A stretch of DNA of 64,000 nucleotides from Patescibacteria group bacterium (GTDB lineage: Bacteria; Patescibacteriota; Microgenomatia; UBA12405): assembly GCA_038062455.1 (NCBI GenBank), contig JBBTXE010000001.1:250371-314370 (forward strand), given 5' to 3'. Both the position numbers and the translations under genes were made by a program. The notes beneath the pieces are model-generated. The model saw nothing but the letters and a program-made list of their open reading frames with translations. It searched no databases and was not told the origin of the DNA. Shown piece by piece: positions 55,488-64,000 of this stretch. How positions within the stretch are numbered: position 1 is the stretch's first letter; every line of letters begins with the position of its first letter.

Positions 55488-56617
55488 TTATTGGCATTGA
55501 TGTTTCCGCTGTTGTTTATGATACTGGAGTCAGTGATTACACTTTAAATCTGGTTAAAAACCTTCTAAAAATTGATCGTCTCAATACTTATAAATTATTT
55601 TTCTCTTCATTTCGCCAACCGATACCCGAAGCTTTAAAAAAACTTTCGGAAAACCCCAATGTCAAACTCTATTCATTTAAATTTCCGCCAACACTATTGG
55701 AAATCTTCTGGAATCGTCTTCACTTCCTGCCTATCGAGTGGTTTATTGGCAAATGTGACATCTTTCACACTTGGGACTGGACCCAACCACCCACTCTCAA
55801 GGCGAAAACAGTCACTACCGTCCACGACTTAGTCCCTTTTTTATATCCTGAAAATCAACACCCCAAAACCATTAATACTTTTAAAAGAAAATTTTATTGG
55901 GCAACCCGCGAATGCCGACATTTTATCTGTGTTTCCCGAAACACTCAAAGTGATCTTTTGCGTCTTTTCCCTCACCTCGCCCCCAATCACACTTCGGTCA
56001 TTTACGAAGCTGCCGAAGACAAATACACTGATTTTTTAAAACTTTCCCCCGCGGATCAATTCCAAAAGAAAAAACAAATCAATTGCCTTTACGGGCTTGA
56101 CAAATTCATTTTAGTCCAAGGAACCCGCGAACCTCGAAAAAATCTAAAACGTCTAATTGACGCCTTCATTACTTTTCGCCGGCATTATCCCAACTCCAAG
56201 GTAGAAATGGCCATTACCGGAAAATACGGCTGGGGAGAAGATATCCCCCAAACTGGAAACCCCTGGATAAAAGTACTCGGATTTATCCCCGAAAAAGATC
56301 TGGTTGCCCTTCACGCCTCGGCCCTCTTTTTGGCTTACCCCTCACTTTATGAAGGTTTCGGCCTGCCATTAGTCAAATCTATGAAAGTTGGTGTTCCTGT
56401 TTTAACCAGCGCCACTTCCAGTCTCCCGGAAATTACCGGCCGTGGAGGACTGTTAGTTGACCCAAACTCTACCGAAGCTATTGCCGAAGGTCTAGAAAAA
56501 TTAATCAACTCTCCTGCCCTCCGATCCCGGCTCTCCCGAAAAGCTTTACTTCAGTCATCTCTTTTTTTCTGGTCTAAAACTGCCAAGGAAACTCTAAATG
56601 TCTATCAAAAAATCTAA
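55484..56617 (+). CDS. Family-4 glycosyltransferase
   Basis: 377 aa. PSLYEGFGLPLVKSMKVGVPVLTS and GTREPRKN blocks. Confidence 0.8.
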   Translation: MIIGIDVSAVVYDTGVSDYTLNLVKNLLKIDRLNTYKLFFSSFRQPIPEALKKLSENPNVKLYSFKFPPTLLEIFWNRLHFLPIEWFIGKCDIFHTWDWTQPPTLKAKTVTTVHDLVPFLYPENQHPKTINTFKRKFYWATRECRHFICVSRNTQSDLLRLFPHLAPNHTSVIYEAAEDKYTDFLKLSPADQFQKKKQINCLYGLDKFILVQGTREPRKNLKRLIDAFITFRRHYPNSKVEMAITGKYGWGEDIPQTGNPWIKVLGFIPEKDLVALHASALFLAYPSLYEGFGLPLVKSMKVGVPVLTSATSSLPEITGRGGLLVDPNSTEAIAEGLEKLINSPALRSRLSRKALLQSSLFFWSKTAKETLNVYQKI

Positions 56618-57236
56618 TCAATTTGGCTGGGGACCGGATTGTGTTATCCCCAAGAATCGGCTGGAATTTCTAAAATCCCAAATCAAGGGTAAGAAAATTA
56701 TTGATATCGGTTGCGGACCGGGACATTTATTAAATTATCTATTAGGTTTTTCATATCTGGTTACCGGTATCGATAAATATAAGTACCAAAATAAAAACAT
56801 CATCAAAGCCCAAGCTTCACACCTGCCTTTCCCCGACAACAGTTTCGACACTGCCTTTTTAAACAATGTCCTCGAACACAATCAAAATGATCAACAAATT
56901 TTAACGGAAGCTCTCCGGGTTGCCTCCAGAGTCATAATCACCGTTCCTCAAAACTGCCCCGATAATCTCAAAAATAGGGGAGTGGTCTATCAACATTACC
57001 AAGACCGAAGCCACCGGCGCACCTATACCCCCAAAAGTCTGCGTCTTCTGGCCCGTCAATCAAACGCTAAAGTTATTAAAATTATTCCTCTCGAACCGTT
57101 ACCCAATCGGGAATTGTTTTCCGAACTAATTAAAAGCCCTATCTTATGGCGTAAAATAATTTCCAGAATCATATTCTACCTTTTTCGCCCTCAACCTTAC
57201 TATTTAGAACTAGCCGCTATCATCAAAAGAAAGTAA
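56598..57236 (+). CDS. Class I SAM-dependent methyltransferase
   Basis: 212 aa. IIDIGCGPGHLL (motif I), FDTAFLNNVLEH. Confidence 0.75.
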   Translation: MSIKKSNQFGWGPDCVIPKNRLEFLKSQIKGKKIIDIGCGPGHLLNYLLGFSYLVTGIDKYKYQNKNIIKAQASHLPFPDNSFDTAFLNNVLEHNQNDQQILTEALRVASRVIITVPQNCPDNLKNRGVVYQHYQDRSHRRTYTPKSLRLLARQSNAKVIKIIPLEPLPNRELFSELIKSPILWRKIISRIIFYLFRPQPYYLELAAIIKRK

Positions 57237-57239
57237 AAT
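57234..57239 (+). promoter_or_regulatory. Putative -10 box TAAAAT, 6 nt upstream of ATG 57246
   Basis: taaaat at -12..-7 of the start codon; it overlaps the upstream stop codon. Confidence 0.35.
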
Positions 57240-57245
57240 ATACTT

Positions 57246-58364
57246 ATGACAGTTGGCATCGATGGAAATGAGGCTAATGTAAAAAATCGGGTCGGTGTTG
57301 GAAATTTTGCCTACCACCTCCTCAAAGAACTTCACCTCCAAAATAAAACCCATCACCTCCTGATATTTCTCAAAAGTCCTCCGCTTCCCGACATGCCCAA
57401 AACTAATCAGCGTTGGCGCTATCTTGTTTTTGGACCCAAACCTCTCTGGACCAAAATTGCCCTGCCGCTTCAACTGATAATTACCAAAGAAAAAATTGAT
57501 TATTTTCTCTCTCTAAGCCACTATTCCCCCTATCCATCGCCCGTCCCCACCATCCCGACAATCCATGATATCGGCTACCTTCGCGCTCCGGAAGCTTTTA
57601 CTAAAAAAGATATCTTCAAGTTAAAAAACTGGACTGCTGCTTCCATAAAACATGCTCATCATATATTAGCTGTCTCCGAATTCACCAAAAACGAAATTAT
57701 AAAAAAATATAAAATCAAACCTGACAAAATTTCCGTCATTAAAAATGGGGTCGGCAAAATACCCCAGCCTAGCCCGAAAAAAGAACGTCAAGTTCTCAAA
57801 AAATTTAACATTTCTCCGCCATATTTTTTGGCCGTCGGTACCCTCAAACCCAACAAAAACTACCCCTTTCTCATCAAAGCTTTTTCCCAATTTCTAAAGC
57901 TCTATAGTTCTAAAGATCTAAATTTCTCCTTAGTCATTGCCGGTAAAAAAGGCTGGCTCTACGATGAAATTTTCAAATTAGTTAAAGAAAAATCATTGCT
58001 AAACAACATTATTTTTACCGATTTTATCAATGAAACAGAAAAGTGGGCGCTTTATCGACAGGCCACAGCCACTGTCATTCCCAGCCTCTACGAAGGTTTT
58101 GGTATTCCGGTCCTGGAAAGCCAACGTGTCGGCACACCGGTAATAGCGAGTTGTATTACCCCGCTTAAAGAAATTCTCGGCAGTAGCGCTCTCTATATTA
58201 ATCCGACCAAAACTTCTTCGCTAGTCACTGCCCTCAAAAAAATTATCCACCCCAAAACTCATAAAAAATATCATCATCTGGGTATAAAAAACTGTCGTAG
58301 CTACACTTGGGCCAACAGCGCTCAAAAACTTTTAAAGCTTTTTGACACCCTCGCTGGGGTATAA
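57246..58364 (+). CDS. Family-4 glycosyltransferase
   Basis: 372 aa. PSLYEGFGIPVLESQRVGTPVI and VGTLKPNKN blocks. Confidence 0.8.
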   Translation: MTVGIDGNEANVKNRVGVGNFAYHLLKELHLQNKTHHLLIFLKSPPLPDMPKTNQRWRYLVFGPKPLWTKIALPLQLIITKEKIDYFLSLSHYSPYPSPVPTIPTIHDIGYLRAPEAFTKKDIFKLKNWTAASIKHAHHILAVSEFTKNEIIKKYKIKPDKISVIKNGVGKIPQPSPKKERQVLKKFNISPPYFLAVGTLKPNKNYPFLIKAFSQFLKLYSSKDLNFSLVIAGKKGWLYDEIFKLVKEKSLLNNIIFTDFINETEKWALYRQATATVIPSLYEGFGIPVLESQRVGTPVIASCITPLKEILGSSALYINPTKTSSLVTALKKIIHPKTHKKYHHLGIKNCRSYTWANSAQKLLKLFDTLAGV

Positions 58365-58365
58365 T
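58360..58365 (+). promoter_or_regulatory. Consensus -10 box TATAAT exactly 6 nt upstream of ATG 58372
   Basis: tataat at -12..-7 of the acetyltransferase ATG; it overlaps the GT4 stop codon. Confidence 0.45.
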
Positions 58366-58371
58366 TCAGCC

Positions 58372-58935
58372 ATGCCAAACCCTCTTCCCCAAATAACCAA
58401 CCGTCTGCAAACGATTTTTTTGGAGTTTTGGTTACTAATTTTGCGGATAGTCGGCTTTATCCCTATTCACACTATCCGTAAGTTTTTCTATATCTTATCC
58501 GGTATCAATCTACCCTTAGATTCGACAATTCATTTAGAGGCTAATTTCTTTAAACCTTCCGGAATCACTATTGGCCACGACACCATTATTGGCTATCGGG
58601 CTTTTTTAGATGGCCGGGGAAAACTTAAAATCGGCTCTCATGTCGATATCGCTTCCGAAGTCTTAATTTATACCAACGAGCACAATATAAATTCAGCCGA
58701 TTTTGGCAACTCTTTTGCGCCCGTTTCCATCGGCGATTATGTTTTTATCGGTCCCCGGGTCATCATTCTGCCCGGAGTTACTATCGGTCAGGGAGCGGTC
58801 ATCGCCGCCGGCGCCGTGGTTACTAAAGACATCCCTGATTTTGAAATCTGGGGCGGGATCCCGGCCAAAAAAATTACCAACCGCCAAATTAATAACCCCA
58901 ACTATAAGCTCGGTCGGGCTATGTGGTTTCAATGA
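58372..58935 (+). CDS. Hexapeptide-repeat (LbH) O-acetyltransferase with an N-terminal hydrophobic segment
   Basis: IGDYVFIGPRVIILPGVTIGQGAVIAAGAVVTKDIP hexapeptide repeats. ATG 58372 is preferred over TTG 58342. Confidence 0.75.
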   Translation: MPNPLPQITNRLQTIFLEFWLLILRIVGFIPIHTIRKFFYILSGINLPLDSTIHLEANFFKPSGITIGHDTIIGYRAFLDGRGKLKIGSHVDIASEVLIYTNEHNINSADFGNSFAPVSIGDYVFIGPRVIILPGVTIGQGAVIAAGAVVTKDIPDFEIWGGIPAKKITNRQINNPNYKLGRAMWFQ

Positions 58936-59471
58936 TCAAAACTCTTCTTAAATTTATCTGGATTATTTTCAATCTTCTGGCCGTTCTTTATCTGGTCGCC
59001 CCAACCCCCGCCATCAAAGATCTCCCCGACAGTGTCAAGTCCGCTTTGCCCGGGGATACCGTCCAACTTAAAAATGTCTCGGGATATTTTACCAATCTTA
59101 GTCGGACCGAAGTTATGAATTTTTATCAATCTTTCTATAATGGACCTCTTCTCATCCGTTTAAATCACCCGCCGGAAAAATCCAAAACCATTTTTCGTGA
59201 TACTATCCAAAGCTATTATCTTGAAGAGCTGGTAATGCCTTTTAAAGAATCGCTTTTTATCAACGGTTATGAATGGGAAAAGGATGTTTTTACCAAGCCT
59301 GAAAAACGGATTTCTAATAAACTAATTTATAACGGAGTAACCTATTCGGCCAAAATTACTACCAAGACTTTCCCCGCTCCGATTCTCAGTCGACTGCTGG
59401 CCTTCTTTATTACGGAAACTTCATTAATTTCGATTTTTTACATTTATCGGCGTTTAATCAAAAATAAATGA
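58923..59471 (+). CDS. Bitopic membrane protein (N- and C-terminal TM helices), function unknown
   Basis: 182 aa. FIWIIFNLLAVLYLV at the N-terminus and LLAFFITETSLISIFYIY at the C-terminus. Confidence 0.45.
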   Translation: MVSMIKTLLKFIWIIFNLLAVLYLVAPTPAIKDLPDSVKSALPGDTVQLKNVSGYFTNLSRTEVMNFYQSFYNGPLLIRLNHPPEKSKTIFRDTIQSYYLEELVMPFKESLFINGYEWEKDVFTKPEKRISNKLIYNGVTYSAKITTKTFPAPILSRLLAFFITETSLISIFYIYRRLIKNK

Positions 59472-60400
59472 AAACTAAACCCATCCTTTCAGTTATCATC
59501 CTCTCTTTTAACACCTGCCAAATCACCCTTGATTGTCTTAAGTCACTTAATGCTGATAAGGGTCTGGAATTCGATATGGAAAAACCGAGTAATTCCCCCA
59601 GAATCCCCACCGAAGTTATCGTCGTTGATAACCACTCCCCTGATGACAGTGTCAAAAAACTCAAAAAAATCAACTGGATTAAACTTATTGCCAATCAGGA
59701 AAACACCGGTTTTGGCAAAGCCAATAATCAAGCTATGAAAATCGCCCAAGGCCAATACTTTCTTTTACTAAACTCGGATACCCTAATTCTCCACTCGGCT
59801 GTCAGCCAATCCCTAAATTGGCTCTCGGCTCACCCTGAAGCCCATATATGTACTGCTCAATTACTAAACCGTGATAAAAGTATCCAGGCCTCGGGCGGCT
59901 TTTTCCCCAATCTATTAAACGTTTTGGCCTGGTCAACCGGCCTCGACGATCTGCCTTTCTTTAATTATTTAGTCAAGCCCTTTCACCCCCATACCCCATC
60001 CTTTTACACTCATGACCGGTTTTTTCTCCGTGACCATCGTCAGGATTGGGTTACCGGCGCCTTCATGCTAATTCGCGCCTCAGTTTATCAAAAAGTTGGC
60101 GGCTTTGACGAAAATTATTTTATGTATGGCGAGGAAGTTGAATGGAGCTACCGAATGCACCAGAGTTTTCCCAAATCTCAGTGCCGGTACCTTGTCGGCC
60201 CCCAAATAATTCATCTCGGGGGAGCCTCGGCCGTCAAACGCAGCGACCCGATTATCAGAGAATATCAGGGGGTTCTTTCCTTTTTCAAAAAACATCGGCC
60301 TGCCTGGCAACTTTCTTTTGTCAAAATATTTTTCAAAATAAGTTGCCTGCTTCGAAGTTTAATTAATCCCATTTATCGTCAAATCCTCAAAGAACTATGA
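59468..60400 (+). CDS. Family-2 glycosyltransferase (rhamnosyltransferase-like)
   Basis: 310 aa. LSVIILSFNT, VIVVDNHSPDDS, GFGKANNQA, LLLNSDT, YFMYGEEVEW. Confidence 0.8.
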   Translation: MKTKPILSVIILSFNTCQITLDCLKSLNADKGLEFDMEKPSNSPRIPTEVIVVDNHSPDDSVKKLKKINWIKLIANQENTGFGKANNQAMKIAQGQYFLLLNSDTLILHSAVSQSLNWLSAHPEAHICTAQLLNRDKSIQASGGFFPNLLNVLAWSTGLDDLPFFNYLVKPFHPHTPSFYTHDRFFLRDHRQDWVTGAFMLIRASVYQKVGGFDENYFMYGEEVEWSYRMHQSFPKSQCRYLVGPQIIHLGGASAVKRSDPIIREYQGVLSFFKKHRPAWQLSFVKIFFKISCLLRSLINPIYRQILKEL

Positions 60401-61791
60401 ATATATTTCGCCCCCTTTTAGCTGTCTTAATCCTATTTATCCCTCTCTATCCTAAATTTCCCCTAATAAATTTTCCCAACACCTATGTCGCCCTCCGCCT
60501 CGATGATATCGTCATCGGATTAATTTTTATTTTTTGGCTGATAAGGCAATTTAAATCCCGTTTTCCCATATTTAAGGAAAAAATTACCTGGTTTTTTTTA
60601 GCCTACTTTCTGGCCATTACTTCTTCCACTCTTACCGCCATTCTCATCTATCAAACCGACCCCATAAATATCCTCCTTCTCCACCTTTTTCGCCGCTTTG
60701 AATACATATCTCTTTTCTTTATTGCTCTGGAGGCGATCAATTCCAAAAAAGATTTGCTTTATCCCTACCTCCTTCTATTACTATCAGTTACCGGCATCGC
60801 CATCTATGGTTACGGCCAAAAATACCTTCAGTTTCCGGTTATTTCCACCATGAATGAGGAGTTCTCCAAAGGACAACTCTTACAAATGAATATTTGGACC
60901 CGGATCAGTTCCACCTTTGCCGGCCACTATGATTTAGCTGCCTATCTAAGTTTAATTCTAATCGTCATCCTTGGGGTAATGTTAATTTACAAAAATTTAT
61001 TTCTTCGGATTTTTTCCTTAATACTCTTCTTAATCGGATTCCACCTTTTGACTTTAACTGCATCCCGAATCTCAATTTTTGCCTTCTGGGGAGGCAGTAT
61101 TTTGTCTTTATTCTTAATCCGCAAATATCTCTGGATTATTCCGGTCTCTATCTTGGTTATTTTAAGTATGGTTCAATCGGTTGATTTAAACCAACGCCTC
61201 CTGGCCACCCTGCCTTTATTTAAAATAAAACCAACCCCAACTTTTAAACCCATACCTACCACCATTCTTACACCGATACCAACAGTCTCTACCCGACCGA
61301 CCCCCAGCCCAATTCCTTTACCCACCGTCAAACCAATACCGACAATTATTCGTCACGGACCAATCGAAGAATACGTTCCCGTCGATGCTGATGTTGGCGT
61401 TGCCCGTTCGGGAGAAATTCGCTTCAATGTCGAATGGCCCCGGGCTGTCGCTGCCTTCCGGAAAAATCCCATTAGCGGTTCCGGCCTGGGCTCCATCTCC
61501 TTAGCCACCGACAATGACTATCTGCGGCTATTAGGTGAAAGCGGCCTTATGGGACTGTTGACCTTCTTCTTTCCTTTCTTATATCTCCTGGTTCACAGTC
61601 TCCGGCTAATAAAAACCAAAAAACCTGATTCTTCAATATATTTAGAATTAACATTTATTGGTGTTATCTTTTCAGCCCTAATTAACGCTATTTTCATTGA
61701 CATCTTTGAAGCCTCCAAAGTCGCCTACACTTTTTGGATTCTTTTTGCTGTCTATCACCAACTATCAAAGTTTAATCAAAAACGTCAGTGA
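60397..61791 (+). CDS. O-antigen ligase/polymerase-like (Wzy_C-type) membrane protein with a Pro/Thr-rich loop
   Basis: 464 aa with about 10 TM segments. Large loop containing RSGEIRFNVEWPRAVAAFRKNPISGSGLGS, the pattern typical of O-antigen ligase-like proteins. Confidence 0.65.
   Translation: MNIFRPLLAVLILFIPLYPKFPLINFPNTYVALRLDDIVIGLIFIFWLIRQFKSRFPIFKEKITWFFLAYFLAITSSTLTAILIYQTDPINILLLHLFRRFEYISLFFIALEAINSKKDLLYPYLLLLLSVTGIAIYGYGQKYLQFPVISTMNEEFSKGQLLQMNIWTRISSTFAGHYDLAAYLSLILIVILGVMLIYKNLFLRIFSLILFLIGFHLLTLTASRISIFAFWGGSILSLFLIRKYLWIIPVSILVILSMVQSVDLNQRLLATLPLFKIKPTPTFKPIPTTILTPIPTVSTRPTPSPIPLPTVKPIPTIIRHGPIEEYVPVDADVGVARSGEIRFNVEWPRAVAAFRKNPISGSGLGSISLATDNDYLRLLGESGLMGLLTFFFPFLYLLVHSLRLIKTKKPDSSIYLELTFIGVIFSALINAIFIDIFEASKVAYTFWILFAVYHQLSKFNQKRQ
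61228..61344 (+). repeat. Pro/Thr-rich coding low-complexity repeat (KPIPT/TPIPT/SPIPL units)
   Basis: Encodes KPTPTFKPIPTTILTPIPTVSTRPTPSPIPLPTVKPIPT within the predicted extracytoplasmic loop. Confidence 0.8.
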
Positions 61792-63014
61792 AAAAACAAC
61801 CGATGATTAAACGAAAAATATTAATGATTACTCCCTATATCCCCCGACTCTATCAGTCAGGCGGTCAAAATAGCTCCTATTATTCCATCAAATATTTGTC
61901 ACCCTATAACGAAATCACCCTGATTTGTTTCAGCCGTGACGAAGAAGGACTAATAGAGATTCAAAAATATTGCCAAAAGGTAATTGTGGTTAAACGGGGT
62001 AAAACCTGGAATCTTAAAAACATCATGCTGGCCGGATTTAGCCAATACCCCTTCTTAGTTATTAATTATATCTCCGCCGATTTAGCCAACGCCATTAGGG
62101 AAGAGCTGACCAACAACCGTTTTGACTTAATCCACTGCGATAGCTTTTACCCAATTCCCAACATTCCTCCCACTCAAATCCCCATAGTTCTTGTCGACTT
62201 AACTATCGAATATTTAGTTTACCAGCACTATGTTGCCAGTCTTCGCGGCTGGAGAAAAATAATTGCCCCCCTGCTTTGGATTGACGTATTAAAACTTAAA
62301 TATTGGGAAATTCACTACTGGAAAACTATCCACACCGTCGTTGCTTTTGCCTGGGAAGACCAAAAGCTAATTGCCAAAACCACCGGGCGTTCCGACATTG
62401 AGTTGTTTCAAAATGGAGTCGACAAAAGCTTTTATTTGTCTACCCCCAAAGTTCCCAAAAGCCCCACCCCCGCCCTTCTCTTTGGCTTCTCTAATATGAA
62501 GTGGATGCAAAACCGGGAATCAGTCGACCTCATTTTAGACCACGTTTGGCCCCAAATAATCAAAGCAATTCCCAAATGCCGACTTTACATTATTGGACGC
62601 TACGCCAAAGATTTTTATGAACACTTAAATAGCCGCCATATTATTGTTGACGAGGCCGATATTGACGGTGGTAAATTTGACCGCTTTTATTACCTTTACC
62701 ATTGTTGGGCTCTGGTTGCCCCCATGGGCAGTGGAGGAGGCACTAGAAACAAATTTTTGGAAGCCATGGCCTGCGGTCTGCCAATTATTACCACTCCCGA
62801 AGGTATGGGCGGAATTAAAATCAAAAACAACGTTCACTCTATTGTCTGTTCTCTGCCGGAAGTCGCTGCTGAAACCATTAAACTTTTAAAAAACAAAAAA
62901 CGGATGACCCAAATTGGCAAAAATGCCCGGAACTTAATTACGGCCAATTTTGCCTACGAAAAATGCGTGCTAGATTTAAACAACCTCTATGAAAAAATTA
63001 CCTCGCAAAATTAA
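61788..63014 (+). CDS. Family-4 glycosyltransferase
   Basis: 408 aa. APMGSGGGTRNKFLEAMACGLPIIT block. GTG 61788 or ATG 61803 as start. Confidence 0.75.
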   Translation: MKKQPMIKRKILMITPYIPRLYQSGGQNSSYYSIKYLSPYNEITLICFSRDEEGLIEIQKYCQKVIVVKRGKTWNLKNIMLAGFSQYPFLVINYISADLANAIREELTNNRFDLIHCDSFYPIPNIPPTQIPIVLVDLTIEYLVYQHYVASLRGWRKIIAPLLWIDVLKLKYWEIHYWKTIHTVVAFAWEDQKLIAKTTGRSDIELFQNGVDKSFYLSTPKVPKSPTPALLFGFSNMKWMQNRESVDLILDHVWPQIIKAIPKCRLYIIGRYAKDFYEHLNSRHIIVDEADIDGGKFDRFYYLYHCWALVAPMGSGGGTRNKFLEAMACGLPIITTPEGMGGIKIKNNVHSIVCSLPEVAAETIKLLKNKKRMTQIGKNARNLITANFAYEKCVLDLNNLYEKITSQN

Positions 63015-63945
63015 ACCCGTTCTTTCCGTTATCATTTTAAACTACAACGCCAAAGATTACCTCAAAAAATTAATCGACAGTCTTGATTGTTCTCAACTCA
63101 AGTCATTTTTTATTGAAGTAATTATCGCCGATAATGCCTCAACTGATAGCAGTTTCGCTCTTGCCAAAACCGGCAGTCAGAAAAACTCTCAAATTAAATA
63201 TATCTTCCATTCCAACACCGACAATGTCGGCTTTGCCGCCGGCAACAACCAAGGCTTAACCGCCTCTAATCCAAATTCCAAATATATTTTGTTTCTCAAT
63301 CCCGATACCACCGTCGCCAAAAATACTCTTTGTCAGATGATTGAGTTTTTTGAAGAAAATTCCCCTGTCGATGCCGCCACCTGCGATTTAATCTTAGCCC
63401 TAAACGGCCGTACCCAACCCGAATCTCACCGCGGTTTTCCCACTCCCTGGAATGCCTTTTGTCACTTTTTTGGTTTTGGGCTGCCAAAATTATTTCCTTA
63501 TTCAAAATTATTAAATGGTTATTTTATGGGTCATCTGGATTACTCTAAAACCCAAAAAATAGATGCTTGTGTCGGCGCCTTTTTTATGCTCAAAAGATCG
63601 GTGGGGGACTCCGTCGGCTGGTGGAACGACCAATATTTTTTTTATGGTGAAGATTTGGATTTTTGCTGGCAGTTAAAACAATTTGGATTTTCTCTATATT
63701 TTTTCCCCGAAGCCAAAGCCATTCACTACCAGGGAATTTCCTCGGGGGGAATTGCTAAAAAACAAAAACACTCAAGCGCCTCCCGAGCCACCAAGATCAA
63801 GGTCGCCCAAACTTCCACCAAAGCCATGAGAATTTTTTACCAACAAAACTTAATAGAAAAATATCCCCGGTCCCTTCGTTGGATTGTCTGGCTCGGCATC
63901 GATCTTCTTGAATTCTATCGTGTCTTTAAAGCCAAACATTTATGA
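62989..63945 (+). CDS. Family-2 glycosyltransferase (rhamnosyltransferase-like)
   Basis: 318 aa. LSVIILNYNAKDYL, VIIADNASTDSS, GFAAGNNQG, LFLNPDT, YFFYGEDLDFCW. Confidence 0.8.
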   Translation: MKKLPRKIKPVLSVIILNYNAKDYLKKLIDSLDCSQLKSFFIEVIIADNASTDSSFALAKTGSQKNSQIKYIFHSNTDNVGFAAGNNQGLTASNPNSKYILFLNPDTTVAKNTLCQMIEFFEENSPVDAATCDLILALNGRTQPESHRGFPTPWNAFCHFFGFGLPKLFPYSKLLNGYFMGHLDYSKTQKIDACVGAFFMLKRSVGDSVGWWNDQYFFYGEDLDFCWQLKQFGFSLYFFPEAKAIHYQGISSGGIAKKQKHSSASRATKIKVAQTSTKAMRIFYQQNLIEKYPRSLRWIVWLGIDLLEFYRVFKAKHL

Positions 63946-64000
63946 CCTCCCTGGATTTTCTCTGATATATTTTCTAACCGCCAAATATTCCTTTTGATTC
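63940..64000 (-). CDS. Possible 3' end of a convergent minus-strand gene (partial)
   Basis: The minus frame is open from the window edge, reads NQKEYLAVRKYIRENPGRS, and stops at the complement of 63940-63942. Only 19 codons are visible. Confidence 0.25.
   Translation of the reverse strand, partial: NQKEYLAVRKYIRENPGRS

Noticed and set aside
1-64000. CRISPR arrays, prophage or transposon content
   Set aside because: I saw no spaced direct-repeat array, integrase, transposase, or terminal inverted repeats of IS size. The only repeats are the short ones listed under features.

Overview
Low-GC, very gene-dense bacterial window with about 57 CDS. Most gene junctions overlap by 4-47 nt and TGA is used as a stop codon. 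I found no rRNA, tRNA, CRISPR array, transposase or integrase. From end to end it reads as one envelope-glycan or protein-glycosylation island. Membrane components: seven paralogous PMT/ArnT-type GT-C glycosyltransferases (236-15902), at least six further polytopic GT-C-like proteins (DUF2029/GT87-like, YfhO-like, TMTC-like with TPR, DUF2079, O-antigen-ligase-like) and a UPF0104 flippase-like protein. Cytoplasmic components: about 18 glycosyltransferases (GT2, GT4, one GT17-like, one multidomain), four B12-binding radical SAM enzymes, four SAM methyltransferases and one hexapeptide acetyltransferase. Sugar-nucleotide enzymes include GalE, Ugd, WecB, two SDR epimerase/dehydratases and one SDR-Gfo/Idh/MocA fusion. 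There is also a Wzm/Wzt-type ABC exporter, a CofD/YvcK-like protein and a wHTH-Fic protein whose catalytic His is replaced by Gln. Genes sit in 12 alternating strand blocks. Notable sequence-level signals: (1) the + strand carries far more C than G whichever strand codes, and this also reshapes protein composition. (2) Block-initial genes carry TATAAT-like hexamers exactly 6 nt upstream of the start codon with no Shine-Dalgarno sequence, which fits leaderless mRNAs. (3) Five of six convergent gene pairs overlap at their 3' ends. (4) A GC-rich GAAA-loop hairpin is inserted in frame in one GT-C paralog. (5) Three copies of an 11-mer form a palindrome and overlap the start codon of the Fic gene. 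(6) Heptamer tandem repeats occur in two unrelated genes. Gene content and compaction suggest an uncultured small-genome bacterium (CPR/Patescibacteria-like); this is inference only. All family assignments come from reading motifs in the translations, with no searches run.
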